Shown: positions 26,361 through 39,530 of the stretch, piece by piece
Layout: the number at the start of each line of letters is the position of its first letter
How positions within the stretch are numbered: the stretch's first letter is position 1
Assembly (NCBI RefSeq): GCF_006345805.1
Contig: NC_042999.1
Coordinates: forward strand, 9,238,001 to 9,302,000
Length of the DNA stretch: 64,000 bases
Direction of reading: 5' to 3'
DNA from: Octopus sinensis
Taxonomy: Eukaryota
Translations under genes and position numbers: made by a program
The notes under the pieces: generated by a model
Databases searched by the model: none
What the model saw: the letters and a program-made list of their open reading frames with translations, nothing else
Told to the model about the DNA's origin: nothing

Positions 26361-26880
26361 TTCTTTTTAATTTATTGCTCTTTTTAATGTGTGTGTTTAG
26401 TTCTGTACAGATCGCCCAGCTTCCGCAATGTGTTAGCTGTGTGTGAACTGAATCTGTAATATGCTCTTGATTTTTGCTTAAATATTTTTCTCTTCTTCGC
26501 AACATAAATGTCGAGAATTAAACAAAAGCACCACAAATTTTCTTTTCTAATAATTTCTGATTTTCATTCTTATTTCTCACTTTGGTGGAATCAGAAATGT
26601 TGTCTGTGACACACCGTTTTCCATTGGATAAAACAAAGATAGGTATTGCGATCCAACATAAATTGTATTGGGTAACGCTGCAACCGAAACATCTTTTAAA
26701 AAAATAGACATAGATAATGTATTCCTAGATAACCTTGTAGTGCACGAAATGTTTAAGGTCGGGATGTCTTTGGTCACATGACTGCTCAGCGAGAAGGGAT
26801 CTCTTATGATACTCGCTAAAATGTTCGGGTAGCATATATATATTAATTCTACCTCAATTGCTGAGATCTAATAGTCATAA

Positions 26881-27303
26881 GCGCAGGAGTGGCCGTGTGG
26901 TAAGTAGCTTGCTAACCAACCACATGGTTCCGGGTTCAGTCCCACTGCGTGGCATCTTGGGCAAGTGTCTTCTGCTATAGCCCCGGGCCGACCAATGTCT
27001 TGTGAGTGGATTTGGTAGATGGAAACTGAAAGAAGCTTGTCGTATATATGTATATATATATAAGTGTGTGTGTATATGTTTGTGTGTCTGTGTTTGTCCC
27101 CCTAGCATTGCTTGACAACCGATGCTGGTGTGTTTACGTCCCCGTCACTTAGCGGTTCGGCAAAAGAAACCGATAGAATAAGTACTGGGCTTACAAAGAA
27201 TAAGTCCCGGGGTCGATTTGCTCGACTAAAGGCGGTGCTCCAGCATGGCTGCAGTCAAATGACTGAAACAAGTAAAAGAGTAAAAGAGTAAAGAGTAAGA
27301 GTA
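26881..27303 (+). mobile_element. SINE family A, full length
   Basis: Head, body, microsatellite and (GTAAAAGA)n tail. Confidence 0.9.
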
Positions 27304-27984
27304 TAGCCTTTGACACAAAGTCGTTTTCCGAGTAAATACGAACCACTGCCAGCTCCGTTGACTGTCCAGTATTTTATGAACTCAACGATCCGTATTTCTC
27401 GATTTCCTTTTGTCATAAAATAGATCGAATCTTTTGTTCCAGTCGAAGAAGAAGAACATCGCATTGTTTCTTTTGGAAACGAAATCAATCGATATATTTT
27501 AATAATGTTCTTACTTTATTATTCGGTTGACTTTTCTATTTGTTATTGATTTATTTTGCTACAACTCCAATTATTGTTAATCTAATCGTCATTCAATCTT
27601 ATTCGTGTATCTTGTTACAATTGTCGATCATAGTCTTGTTTCTGCCAAAACTTCTTCCATACTCACCGACTTTACCTTTGTACCTCAGACATACGCCAGC
27701 ACCGTTCTACAAACACACTTTCCAACATCGTTTTGTAGCTCTGAATAAGATTTTTGCGATCATCTGATTTATTAACAGGTCAGCAGGAAATAGACTTTTA
27801 AGGGAAAATTACTTAAAAATTTATCACAAAATGTTATGCAGACGGAATTCTGTTGGATTACTGAATTAAATGGCATTGTTTTTGCTCAGTGAAATGTACT
27901 TACGTTTCAAGAAATTTGCCTAAATATTTCTGGCTAAGAAATAAATACGATTGATAATAAAATAAAACTAAGTCAACAACAAAG

Positions 27985-28290
27985 GAGGCGCAATGGCCCT
28001 GTGGTTAGGGCAGCGGAATCGCAGTCGCGGTTTCGATTCTCAGACCGACGCTTTAAGTGTGTTTTTTGAGCGAAAACAACTAAATCTCCACGAAGCTCCG
28101 CCACGGTGTGGTGGCGACCCCTGTTGTACTCTTTCGCCCCAACTTTTTCTCACTCTTTCTTCCTGTTTCTTGAATAACGCTGCGATGAACTGGCGTCCCG
28201 TCCAGCTGGTGGGGGAACACATACGCCATGGGAACCAGGAAACCGGGCCCATGAGCGTGGCTAGGCTTGAAAAGGGCGCAGAAATAAAGT
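27985..28290 (+). mobile_element. tRNA-derived SINE, third family
   Basis: Head GGAGGCGCAATGGCCCTGTGGTTAG (A box) and GGTTTCGATTCT (B box). The body is unlike families A and B. Confidence 0.55.
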
Positions 28291-28391
28291 CAACAATATA
28301 TCAAGTAACATTTAAGTTCCTTGAAACGGAGAAGATTTTTTTTTTTACTGTTGTGCAAATATCTAAGACATATTGATGTTGTTATTATTTA

Positions 28392-28760
28392 TGACTGAGT
28401 TCAAATTCCGCCGAGGTTGACTTTGCCTTTCATCCTTTCGGGGTCGATAAAATTAGTACCAGTTACGCACTGTGGTCGATGTAATCGACTTAATCCCTTC
28501 CCCTAAATTTGAGGTCTTGTGCTTCCAACAGAAAGAATTATCGATGACTGGGTGAAGCGGCGAGCTGGTAGTGTTGTTGTTGTTGTTTAGCTTGGTTTCT
28601 TCCGGCTCTTCACATTCTGAGCTAAAACCCTGCCTAGGTTGGCGTTGCCTTTCATCCTTTCAGAGTCAATAAAATACCAGTTTAATACTGGGGTCGATAT
28701 AATCGACTTACTGCTGCCCCTGAAATTGCTGAGATTGTGCCAAAATTTGCAACAATTAGC
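28392..28760 (+). mobile_element. Two SINE family B copies
   Basis: GAGTTCAAATTCCGCCGAGGTTGACTTTGCCTTTCATCCTTTCGGGGTCGATAAAA core. Confidence 0.8.
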
Positions 28761-28865
28761 CATGAAAGATAATATTTATCCCCCACTTAAACCTGGATAT
28801 TTAGTTGGAACAAACTAAGATGCGATAGATCCCACTCATAGTTGCTGGGGTGAGATCAATTATTT

Positions 28866-29374
28866 ATGTGCGGTAAGAAGCTTGCTTCCCAACCACATAG
28901 TTCCGAGTTCCGTCCCACTGCGTAGCATCTTAGGCAAGTGTCTTTGGTAGACGGAAACTGAAAGAAACCCGTCGTGTATGTATGTATGTATGTATATAAA
29001 TATACAGGAGTGGCTGTGTGGTAAGTAGCTTGCTAACCAACCACACGGTTGCGGGTTCAGTCCCACTGCGTGGCATCTTGGGCAAGTGTCTTCTGCTATA
29101 GCCCCGGGCCGACCAATGCCTTGTGAGTGGATTTGGTAGACGGAAACTGAAAGAAGCCTGTCGTATATATGTATATATATATGTATGCGTGTGTTTGTGT
29201 GTCTGTGTTTGTCCCCCTAGCATTGCTTGACAACCGATGCTGGTGTGTTTAGGTCCCCGTCACTTAGCGGTTCGGCAAAAAGAGACCGATAGAATAAGTA
29301 CTAAAAGGTGGTGCTCCAGCATGGCCGCAGTCAAATGACTGAAACAAGTAAAAGAGTAAAAGAGTATATATATA

Positions 29375-29414
<40 letters not shown>

Positions 29415-29640
29415 ATTTATGTATTCGTGTGTGTACATGTGTTTGTCCCCTCACCATCGCTTGACAACCGATGTTGGTGCGTTTACGTCCCCATAACTCA
29501 ACGTTTCAACAAAAGAGATGATAGAATAAGTATTAGACTTACAAAGAATAAGTCCTGGGGTTGATTTGTTCGACTAAAGGCGGTGCCGCAGCATGGCTGC
29601 AATCAAATCTCTGAAACAAGTAAAAGAGTAAAAGATTAAA
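28866..29640 (+). mobile_element. Cluster of three partial or complete SINE family A copies
   Basis: Head half at 28866-28975, full copy at 29005-29366, tail half at 29440-29640. Confidence 0.85.
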
Positions 29641-30899
29641 AGGGAGAGAGATTTCACAGAATATGAAAATCCCTTTGTATTCCTTCCTGCCAGCTGATGC
29701 GCAGCCATTTTTAATAATAATAATAATGTGGGCACTTGAAGAATTGCACAGCTTATCACCGGTTGCATTCTGACTTGGAAAGGAGCTGCTTTTTCCTGGT
29801 GACAACTGACGGGATTTGAACTGAAGAAACAAAACATGATAGATCAATCGCATTCGATGTTCTAATTCTTTCGCCAACCCTCACTGAACTGATACCGAAA
29901 AGATGAAATAGAGAGTTGTCTTTGGTGAGATTTAAACGCAGAGATCCAGAATAAATCCGATAATGCCGGAGAATTTCCAAAGATCAAGATGCCATGACCC
30001 TGTATTATTGTTATATCCAAACAAACCAACGGATCCTTTGTAAGTGGGAAGTTAGGTCAATAACCAATTAGGTGACGGTTTGATTGTTCATGTTTATTGG
30101 TGCTAAGTTGCATTGTTAGTATGTAACCATCCGTTTTGAAATTTTAAGAATTGTCATATTTTAGCCATGGATATTACGCAATACTTGAGATATGATCTGT
30201 TCTTCTCGTCTCTCCTCCGCTAACCGTTTGATTCTTAACACATCTTTCTATCTTTTCTCTTACACATATATCAGAATATTTGAGAATGAGATAAATATGC
30301 TACAGAGAAATTGAAAGAATTTATGGAAACATTCAAAGCGAATCTTATATGCCGCTTTATCAGTTTGGGTTTGATGTTTAGAAATTTATCTGCCAATTAG
30401 GATTAATCTCATTGATCAATAGAAATACCATAACAGAATATATTGTTCTTTACCATGTTTTAATCTGAAGAAACATACTGCTGATAAACACTTCAAAACG
30501 CAGAGCTCTATTATTTTCTATGGCACCACAGTACTTAACTTACGATAACACGAGACACTCTACATGGTCAGTTGAGCTTCTAGAAATAGCAGGTAAGTCA
30601 TCTCCTAATCGTATCCTATTCTCTTATAACCGAATCACATATTCTATAATTGGATTGACTGGGGCTGGTGTAGTGACTTCAGAAAGGCCTTATTGGTGGG
30701 TCTGTTCGGTTACCTTTGACCTGAGACTAGATAACAACGAAACATTGTTTTATTTATAATTTATGCCCGTTCGACTAGCAACCATTTCCCGAGACACGTC
30801 CACTCTGGTGATGGGGTCGATTTTAAGATAGCTAAAGCCAACACAGCTGATGAAAGACTACGTCCTAAAGTTTGAGAACATAAGGATGTCAACATCCTA

Positions 30900-31128
30900 A
30901 AGCAGCGAGCTGGCAGAACCATTAGCACGCCGGGCGAAGTGCGTAGCCGTATTTCGTCTGCTGTTACGTTCTGAGTTCAAACTCCGCCGAGGTCGACTTT
31001 GCCTTTCATCCTTTCGGGGTCGATTAAATAAGTACCAGTTACGCACTGGGGTCGATGTAATCGACTTAATCCGTTTGTATGTCCTTGTTTGTCCCCTGTG
31101 TTTAGCCTCTTTTGGGTAGTAAAGAAAC
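30900..31128 (+). mobile_element. SINE family B, full length
   Basis: GCAGCGAGCTGGCAGAA head, B-box GAGTTCAAACTCC, conserved core. Confidence 0.85.
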
Positions 31129-31229
31129 GCATAAGGATGTCGACATCAGCATCAATTTGAATATCTACCAAACAGCCGTGGCTACGGTGCTCCTCTTTAC
31201 ATGTGGAGACATGTATAGCTGTGTCGATT

Positions 31230-31690
31230 GCTCCACAAGAAATGGCGTGACAAGTGATCCAATCACGCTAACACATACTCTAAAGCAAAAGAAGGAAGTT
31301 GGTTGGAACGATCTTGACCTCCACATGATTACTATAAGGAAACTAAAGCAAGTTCTCTTCGTAAATATGTAGCAAGGGAGAGAACATTCGACAGTCGTAG
31401 GACATCACGGGGTGAACCTGAAATTAGCATTTAAAGCAATGAGATTTGAAACAGACTCCTGAGAACAGCTTCGCCAGAAATGAACTGTGTAGCATATTCA
31501 CATCAGCAAAGGTGCCAAATCCTCACAAGAGACAAACATTCATGCAGTGGAAAACAAACCTGACTTCTCTAAAGGACGGTCAGCTGACACGCCCGTTGGC
31601 GTCTAGAACTATTTGTGCCCTCCATGTAACTTTTATTTCCGTCTTAAAATTGGTCTCCTCAACAATTTAAGGCTGTATGAGACCTAATCA
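31230..31690 (+). mobile_element. Decayed RTE-clade LINE 3' end
   Basis: Remnants KLKQVLF and LCPPCNFYFRLKIGLLNNLR match the RTE C-terminal C..C...F...IGL..H.R motif. Confidence 0.55.
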
Positions 31691-31730
31691 ACTAAATTCA
31701 TAGTGGGTCTTGATTGACTAACGTCGCACG

Positions 31731-31787
<57 letters not shown>

Positions 31788-32844
31788 ACGCACAGACGCA
31801 CGCACACACATGTACGTGCACGCACACTTTCTGCTTTAACCTGATCACCGCCATTTTGATCAGGTTTAATCTAATTTTAGAGACTCCGTTTCTTTTAAAT
31901 TTATTCCTTTCTTGTGTGGATTTACTCTCTTTAATGAATGTAGAGTCGTTCATCATCTCCACAAACAATGTCTACTTTCATCCTGTAACAACATGCATCC
32001 ACCAATAATAAAATAACTCAGTCTGATATTCACAGCCAACTTCTTTCCATTTTCGAGCGGAATAAAAGTTCCCCGTCCGATTTTATTATTACAAATCGCT
32101 TTTCCTTATATAAAACTAACCAACATAATATTATTACATTTGCTGGACCATTATGCATAAAATGTTGTTAGGCATTTCACTTTGGTTATGGAAATTTATA
32201 TCTAAACGGAAGGCAAGTTTATGAATTCAGAACTGTCTTTTATTTCTTGTACAGTTTCATTTTAGCGGTTTCTGCTTTATATTTCCAATAATATTTTGAC
32301 GAGAGAGAAGAGAAGAGATTTTAACGTTCTTTAAAGTTTCATAAAATTCTTTTAATGCCAGTCATGTCGACCATAATATTAACCAGAAGGGAAACAATGC
32401 AATCGGTTGATTCTAGAAAGTGTTTAAAGATGTCGAACAGATTCCTTCGGGAAAAACAGGGAACATTAAAAACATCCACCACATCATTTGTGTATTTCGT
32501 ACCACCAGCTCCGTTCGTTTTAAAAATAGTTTAAGTAAGGGCAGACGATATTTTGTAGGCAAATTGTTCAAGCGATCGAATTACCCAGATTTTGATGGAA
32601 ATTTATTTCCCAGAAATCTGAAGTCCGGATTACGAGGATAGAAACACTACAATTCCCTTCTCCCTAGAATTATTAGAAGTGGTTGGTTGCAAACCTCCTT
32701 TATTAAATTTTGCAACTATATCTTTCACTTGCCCTCGTCTCAGGAAGTGCTCTAACCGCATCGGTAACATTAAACTGTCTCTGCATTTTACTTTCTCATT
32801 CATATTGTCAAATACCCTGATCACTTGAACGAATGAGTTCTAAT

Positions 32845-33020
32845 GGGCGCAGGCGAGACTGACTGGTAAGAAGTTTGCTTCCCAACCACATGGTTCCGGG
32901 TTCGGTCCCAGTGCAAGGCAACTTGGACAAGTGTCTTCTATTATAGCCTCAGGCTGACCAAAGCCTTGCGAGTGGATTTGGTAGACAGAAACTGAATGAA
33001 TCCTGTGGTATATATTTATA

Positions 33021-33104
<84 letters not shown>

Positions 33105-33290
33105 TCCCCTACCACCGCTTCAGAATTGGTGCAAGTGTGTTTATTTCCCCGTAACATAACGGTTCCGTAAACGAGATCGATACAACAAGTACCAGGCTTT
33201 TAAAAAAATAAGTACTGGGTTCGAGTTAAACTTCTACAGGACAGTACTCCAGCATGGCCGTAGTCTAATGATTGGAACCAGTAAGATAAA
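32845..33290 (+). mobile_element. SINE family A (diverged) with long (TG)n core
   Basis: Head GGGCGCAGG, GGTTCGGTCCC, body and tail remnants. Confidence 0.8.
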
Positions 33291-33825
33291 TGATGTGTGT
33301 GTGGGCCTGCCTGCCTGCATATGCATGTGTATGAATGTGCATAGGGTCACATTGTTGAGTGAAGAGTAGTCACTTTGTGCAACCCATTATCTCCCTGGTT
33401 CTAATGTAATTCCATGAGGAACGGGACAAGATTGAACTCAGTATATCACGGAAGGACACTCAAATCTTAAGCAATTATTCGGATGCTTTGCTATTTCTGG
33501 CATTCGATTTCCACTCCAACGCAAGTGAAACACTATGTATCTTAGAAGCAGAAAACAAGTGATTCAGTTTTGTTTTCTCTACAGATCATGTGAAAATGAA
33601 AAAAAAAAAAAAAAACCAACTAAATTTAGACCCGGCAGATACTTTTAAAAAGCGCTCCACCAATTTTTCCCTCTGCCACTGATTCCATTTGCAAAGGAAA
33701 TAAATTGTCCATTAATGGAGATGTTTTTTTTTTTGCCTGTGATGATTGCAGGTTGTCAGACACAGCACAATATCTGACACCACGTTGAGTGAAACAAAGC
33801 CACGTTACTGTAGACTCTCTCTGAT

Positions 33826-34030
33826 ACAGGGTGTTCAAAAGCTCTCTCCGCAATAATATTTAATGGTTTTCGGGTGATTCTTGTACATTGATCCCTTACT
33901 TGCTCCCCAGACGAAATAAGTCTGGCGGTGTTAAATCAGGTGATCTTGGTGGCCCAAATCCCTTCGAAATAATCCGTTCACCGAAACACCCTTGAAGTAT
34001 GGTCATGGTGATGCACAGGATGAAAACGTA
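33826..34030 (-). mobile_element. Tc1/mariner transposase 3' remnant with TIR-like end
   Basis: Minus strand PPRSPDLTPPD. Terminal TACAGGGTG. Confidence 0.55.
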
Positions 34031-34039
34031 CTTGTACTT

Positions 34040-34400
34040 GTGGCGACATTCACCCTGGGCGGGTTGCGTCGGCTTCTTCTAGTCATGGAAGTAGTTTCGT
34101 GGGAATATGTGGATTTCACAAGCGGTCCCCAACAATCCTGCATGTAGAGACATCCTGTTTACCGCAGATTATCCGCAGACGCAGGGACAGAACGACCGAG
34201 GAGCCGCCGGTTGCCGAAACAGACACTCTGAGGATTTACACCAGAGCCCCGTCTGCCGGGTTGTGGCCCTAATACCACTCGGTTTCAGACCAATCCGCCT
34301 TGGGTGGCCCTACCAGGAACCGAGGTTCCCGACGGCATAGCTCTGACACTACCCGTTGCCAGCGTCCCCACCACGGTGAGGAGGGGATGGACTTTGGGGA
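34040..34400 (-). mobile_element. GC-rich 5'UTR and start of an RTE-like LINE
   Basis: Minus-strand CCCCTCCTCACCGTGGTGGGG and GAGCTATGCCG...GGTAGGGCCACCCA motifs recalled from RTE/Rex-type 5'UTRs. Ends in RVNVAT, like an APE start. Confidence 0.4.
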
Positions 34401-34823
34401 CGAAGATGTTCACTGCGGGAAGACGTTTTGAACATCCTGTATCTTAGCAAGGTCACCTTTGTCGCTCAAAATTTGGTATTTCTGGTATGTGACAGACAAT
34501 ATTGTCTATTTTCGTTTGTCTCAACTCGTATATCATAACCAGTTTCTAAATAAGCTTTCAGTTGTTATCACAATCGCATAAATCTGCAGTTATATTTGTT
34601 GTTGTTGTTCGGTTCCGTTCATAGATCATCGGAGTCTCTGTTCGTAGATCCTTATCTTTGAATAACCTCTCTGTATCCGTAATTCCGTGATAATAATATC
34701 TGTCTCATAAGCATTCTGTGGCAAGAACGTTTCAAATCGATACAATTTTGAGCCGTTTAACATCTGTGTTTGGCTTGAAATATTTCCAATATTTACGAAG
34801 GTTATTTTTGGTATTACGTTAAA

Positions 34824-35261
34824 TACTCTTTTACTCTATTACTTGTTTCAGTCATTTGACTGCAGCCACGCTGGAGCACGGCCTTTAGTCGAGCAAATCG
34901 ACGCCAGGACTTATTCTTTGTAAGCCTAGTATTTATTCTATCATCTCTTTTTGCCGAACCGCTAAGTTACGGAGATGTAAACACACCAACAATGGTTGTT
35001 GAGCGATGGTGGTGGTGGTGGTGGGGACAAACACAGACACACAAACATATACACATAAATATACATATATATATATATAATATATATATATATATATTCG
35101 ACGGGCTTCTTTCAGTTTCTGTCTACCAAATCCACTCACAAGGCTTTGGTCGACCCGAGGCTATTGCAGAAGACACTTGCCCAAGGTACCATGCAATGGG
35201 ACTGAACCCGGAACCCTGTGGTTGGTAAGTTAGCTACTTACCACACAGCCACTCCTGCACC
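34824..35261 (-). mobile_element. SINE family A, full length
   Basis: Reverse complement of the family consensus. Confidence 0.9.
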
Positions 35262-35533
35262 TGTTGTAAGTCAATTCAAATCTCCCGCTTAGTTGCAAAA
35301 AGTATAACTTATTGTTAACGTGTCTCTAAGAAACTGAAGTGAGTTAAAGGAAACAAATGGAATTGACTGATTGCGCAAGTCCATATAAATATGTCAAGGT
35401 GTGCAGAAACGGACGGCATCATCAAAAATCGAAATTTCTCTTTTAGATGAAGGAAAATGAAAACTTGGTGGTAACGTTTCGCAACTTTGAAAGGAAGGGG
35501 AGATAATCTCAAAATATCCATAAGTAATTTCAC

Positions 35534-35699
35534 GCACAGGAGTGGCTGTGTGGTAAGTAGCTTGCTTACCAACCACATGGTTCCCAGTTGAGTCCCATTG
35601 CGTGGCATCTTGGGCAAGTGTCTTCTGCTATAGCCTCGGGCCGACCAAAGCCTTGTGAGTGGATTTGGTAGACGGAAACTGAAAGAAGTCCGTCGTATA

Positions 35700-35763
<64 letters not shown>

Positions 35764-36037
35764 ATATATATATAATATATATTATATATATATATATATA
35801 TGTGCGTGTGTGTGTGTGTATGTATGTTTGTGTGTCTGTGTTTGTCCCCCCAACATCGCTTGACAACCGATGCTTGTGTGTTTACGTCCCCGTAACTTAG
35901 CGGTTCGGCAAATAGAGACCGATAGAATAAGTACTAGGCTTACATAGAATAAGTCCTGGGGTCGATTTGCTCGACTAAAGGCGGTGCTGCAGCATGGCCG
36001 CAGTCAAATGACTGAAACTAGTAAAAGAGTAAGAGTA
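35534..36037 (+). mobile_element. SINE family A, full length
   Basis: Head, body, expanded (TA)n core and tail. Confidence 0.9.
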
Positions 36038-36309
36038 CTATGACTTTAAATGCTTGGAGGAAAAAGGATTTCGGTTTGCAGATCGACTAGTTTAGTCTAT
36101 TCTATGTTAGTAAGTAGCAATAATACTAAACCATGTCTGTAACAGTCTCTTGTTTGCTCTCCAACAATGACACTAGGTTGTTGGTTACTTTCTCAAGTTA
36201 AGAATGAAATTTCAAGATATTCATAATGCTTTATGTATGTCATGTAGTACAACAGCCTTTCACTTCTCTACTAAAATACCTTCAGTTGGACTATTTCAAT
36301 TATTTCCCT

Positions 36310-36899
36310 TTGTATCTTTTATTTTTTTACTTGTTTCTGTCATTAAACTGCGGACATGTTGGGGCACCGCCTTGATGAAGTTTTAGGCAAAAGAATCGAT
36401 CCCAGTACTATTTTTAAGCCCAGTACTTGTTATATAGGTTTCTTTTCTTTGCAGGACCGCTAGGTTTATGGGAACATAAACAATCAAACACCGGTAATCA
36501 AGCGGGATCGGAGCAAACACTGACGCAAAACATACACACACATATATACACCGTATTTGATGGCCTTTAAGACGCACGAGTGCATAGGACGCACCCTAGC
36601 TTCGGCTATACTTGTGTAAAATAAATTACCATTAAAATAATGTTTTAATTCCCTCACTTACCTGTATCTGTATAACTTTATGTTGTTACCGGTAATTATA
36701 AGCAATTTCTTGCATCCACATTCGATATAAACATACCGTAGGCGACTGTTCACCAATAGATGGCAGCACACGTTTTGTAAACATAGACCGTAGGATAGTT
36801 TTGAGCCTACATTGAGTGCATTTGACGCAGGGGGATTTTTAAAGCTATTTTGAGGTAAAAAGAAAAAAAAAGGTGCGTCTTATTAGCCATCAAATACGG

Positions 36900-36978
<79 letters not shown>

Positions 36979-37135
36979 GACGAGCTTTCCGTTTCCGTCT
37001 ACCAAGTCTACTCAGAGGCCTTGGTCGGCTCGAGGATATGGTAGACATTTGCCCAAGGTGCCATGCAGAGGGACTGAACACAAAACCAAGTGGTTGCAAA
37101 GCAAACTTCTTACCACACAGCCACGCCTGCGCCTA
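36310..37135 (-). mobile_element. SINE family A split by a MITE
   Basis: Tail half at about 36310-36545 and head half at about 36975-37135, same strand. Confidence 0.7.
36551..36899. mobile_element. Tc1/mariner-type MITE
   Basis: TIRs CCGTATTTGATGGCCTTTAAGACGCAC / GTGCGTCTTATTAGCCATCAAATACGG. TA on the right flank, CA on the left. Confidence 0.8.
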
Positions 37136-37552
37136 ATGTGGGTTCATATTACAAATCAGTTTTTAAAGGGACCACCTTCAATAGTACATTTATACGAGTC
37201 GCAGAATACTCACGATATGTGAAACAAGTAGAAAGTTGGATATTAAGGCGGACTGGCAGAATGCTAGAGCAGTGAGCAAAATAGTTTGCAGCATTTGTTG
37301 CAGTCTATTACGTTCTGCTTTCAAACCTAGATGATGCCAACTGGTTTTTAATTTTCTGGGGTCATTTAGATAAAGTACTACTCATTTACGGAGTCTGATT
37401 TCATTAATTATCCCCAATCACTTAATTAGTTGCAGTATACCAATGTAAGGCACTATTACTTTAAAAGGGCGGTGGATTATCGTACTAAAACTCAAGGGAA
37501 AATTTAATTACTTTATCTTCAGAATGTCCTCTCTCTGTCTCTCTCTCTCTCC

Positions 37553-37606
<54 letters not shown>

Positions 37607-37663
37607 GCACATACACACATATATATGTGTGTGTGTGTTTGTATGTACATACATACACACACT

Positions 37664-38939
37664 CGAGGGATGTCCATTAAAGATTTCCCTTGATCCACTT
37701 CCCAAGGACTGGGATAAACGAAACTTGGCATAATTATTAGTCCTTCCCTACATGGCCACCACTAATGGTGACACACTTCTCCCATCGCTTTATGCAGCCG
37801 AGAAGACTTCGTCTGTAGAAGTTGATAGGTTGTGTTTGGAACTAAGACTTTACCTTGGAAATAAATTCATTATCATCCGAAAAGTGCTTCCCCTTCAAAA
37901 AGTACTTCAAGCTGGAAAGAGGTGGATGTCAGACGGTGCGAGGTCGGGTGAGTAAGGGGGATGAGGAAAGATTTCATAGCCGCAGGCGTATGCCCTAATC
38001 TGGGTAACATGCACATTGTGAACTGGGGTATTGTCTTGGAGGAGGTGGACTGCTGTGGTCAGCATGCTACACTTCACTGCTTTGATGGCGTCCCACAATT
38101 TCTGCAACTGAGAAGTATAACATGCCCCGTTAGTTGTGGTGCCCTTTGCCAGAAAATCCCTCATCACTACTCCGTGCTGGTCCCAAAAGACTGTGAGCAT
38201 CACCTTGCCTGCTGAGGGTTGGACACGAGCCTTCTTTCGAGGTGGTGAGTTATCATGCTTCAATTGCTTTGACTGGACTTTAGTCTCAGCATCATAGTGA
38301 TCGACCCATGTTTTATCCCATGTGATAAGTCTGCCGAAAAAGTCCTCCTCGTTTTCTTGGCATATTGCCAAAAGAGCCAGGAAGCAATTGATTCGTTCCT
38401 GCTTCTGAAAAGGTGTGAGCATCAGCGGGAATCAACTGTGCAGAAAACTTCTGTATGTGCAAATTGTAGTGACTAATTTTTTCTACGGACCCTACACTGA
38501 TCTTCATTTCTTGGGCTAGGAGCCGAATAGTTATGCGGTGATCCTCCAAAATGGATCCACTTTGTGGATGGCATCGTCATCAATGACGGAATGTGGTCGT
38601 CGAGGAAGAGAAGCAGTTTCCACCGATGTCCGACCACCTTTGAACTGGCGATGCCAGTATTTGACTAAGTCGAATGATGGTGCACCATCACCATAAACTT
38701 TCATCTCATTGAAAGTCTCCTTTGGTGTATGACCTTTCAAGAATAAGAACCTGATCACTGATCCGCATTCAACTGTATCCCTAGTCCACTTCAGCAGCCG
38801 TAAAAGACAAACGAATACTGATGGAAAACTCCGATTTACAATGTGACACGTAGAGGAAGGTATGACTATATATGTACAAGTTCTGTTTCCTGTAATAACG
38901 GAAAGTGGATCAGAGGAAATCTTTAATGAAAAACCCTCG
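37664..38939 (-). mobile_element. Full-length (about 1276 bp) decayed mariner, DD34D
   Basis: TIRs of about 38 bp (CGAGGG.T.TCCATTAAAGATTTCC..TGATCCACTT). Frameshifted transposase with HTH region, ITWDKTW, LQDNTPVH and YSPDLAPSD; 34 residues lie between the last two D. Confidence 0.92.
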
Positions 38940-39530
38940 TGTGTGGGAGTATATATATATAGTCAGGCAGTCGTCGTGACAAGACGTACTTTTTATAGCT
39001 CCCGTCAGTAACTAACCAAAGAAGCATTTTTCAACTCAATTTAACTCAACTCAACTCAACTCAAGCTAACATAATCTCTCCTTGTCTTTAATCTCAAGAC
39101 TTTTGAACTCTACAATCCTACTATACTACTCTTTTACTACCATCGGAGGATAAATTTATACAAATCTATATACAACCTGAAGAAAGAGGAACAACCCAAA
39201 ACTAAATACTAAACCCAAGACTAGTTCTAAAACTAGTCCCGTGAGTACAATTCTTTTTTCTTGGTCTGTATCAAACACACCGCTCATCCCGATTGTACTA
39301 ATTAGATTGTACTAATTACACTGAACTCTCACACACACAAGCCACGAATTTCCGAGTATATCGACACAAACTTTCCAACGGTGTATTCACTATTTACCGA
39401 GTACATCGACACAAACTTTTCAACAGTGTGTTCACTATTTTACATCAAGCCATCAATAACTGGTGTACACATACATACATACGCATACACATACATACAT
39501 ATATATATTACACAACACTACCCCACTGAA

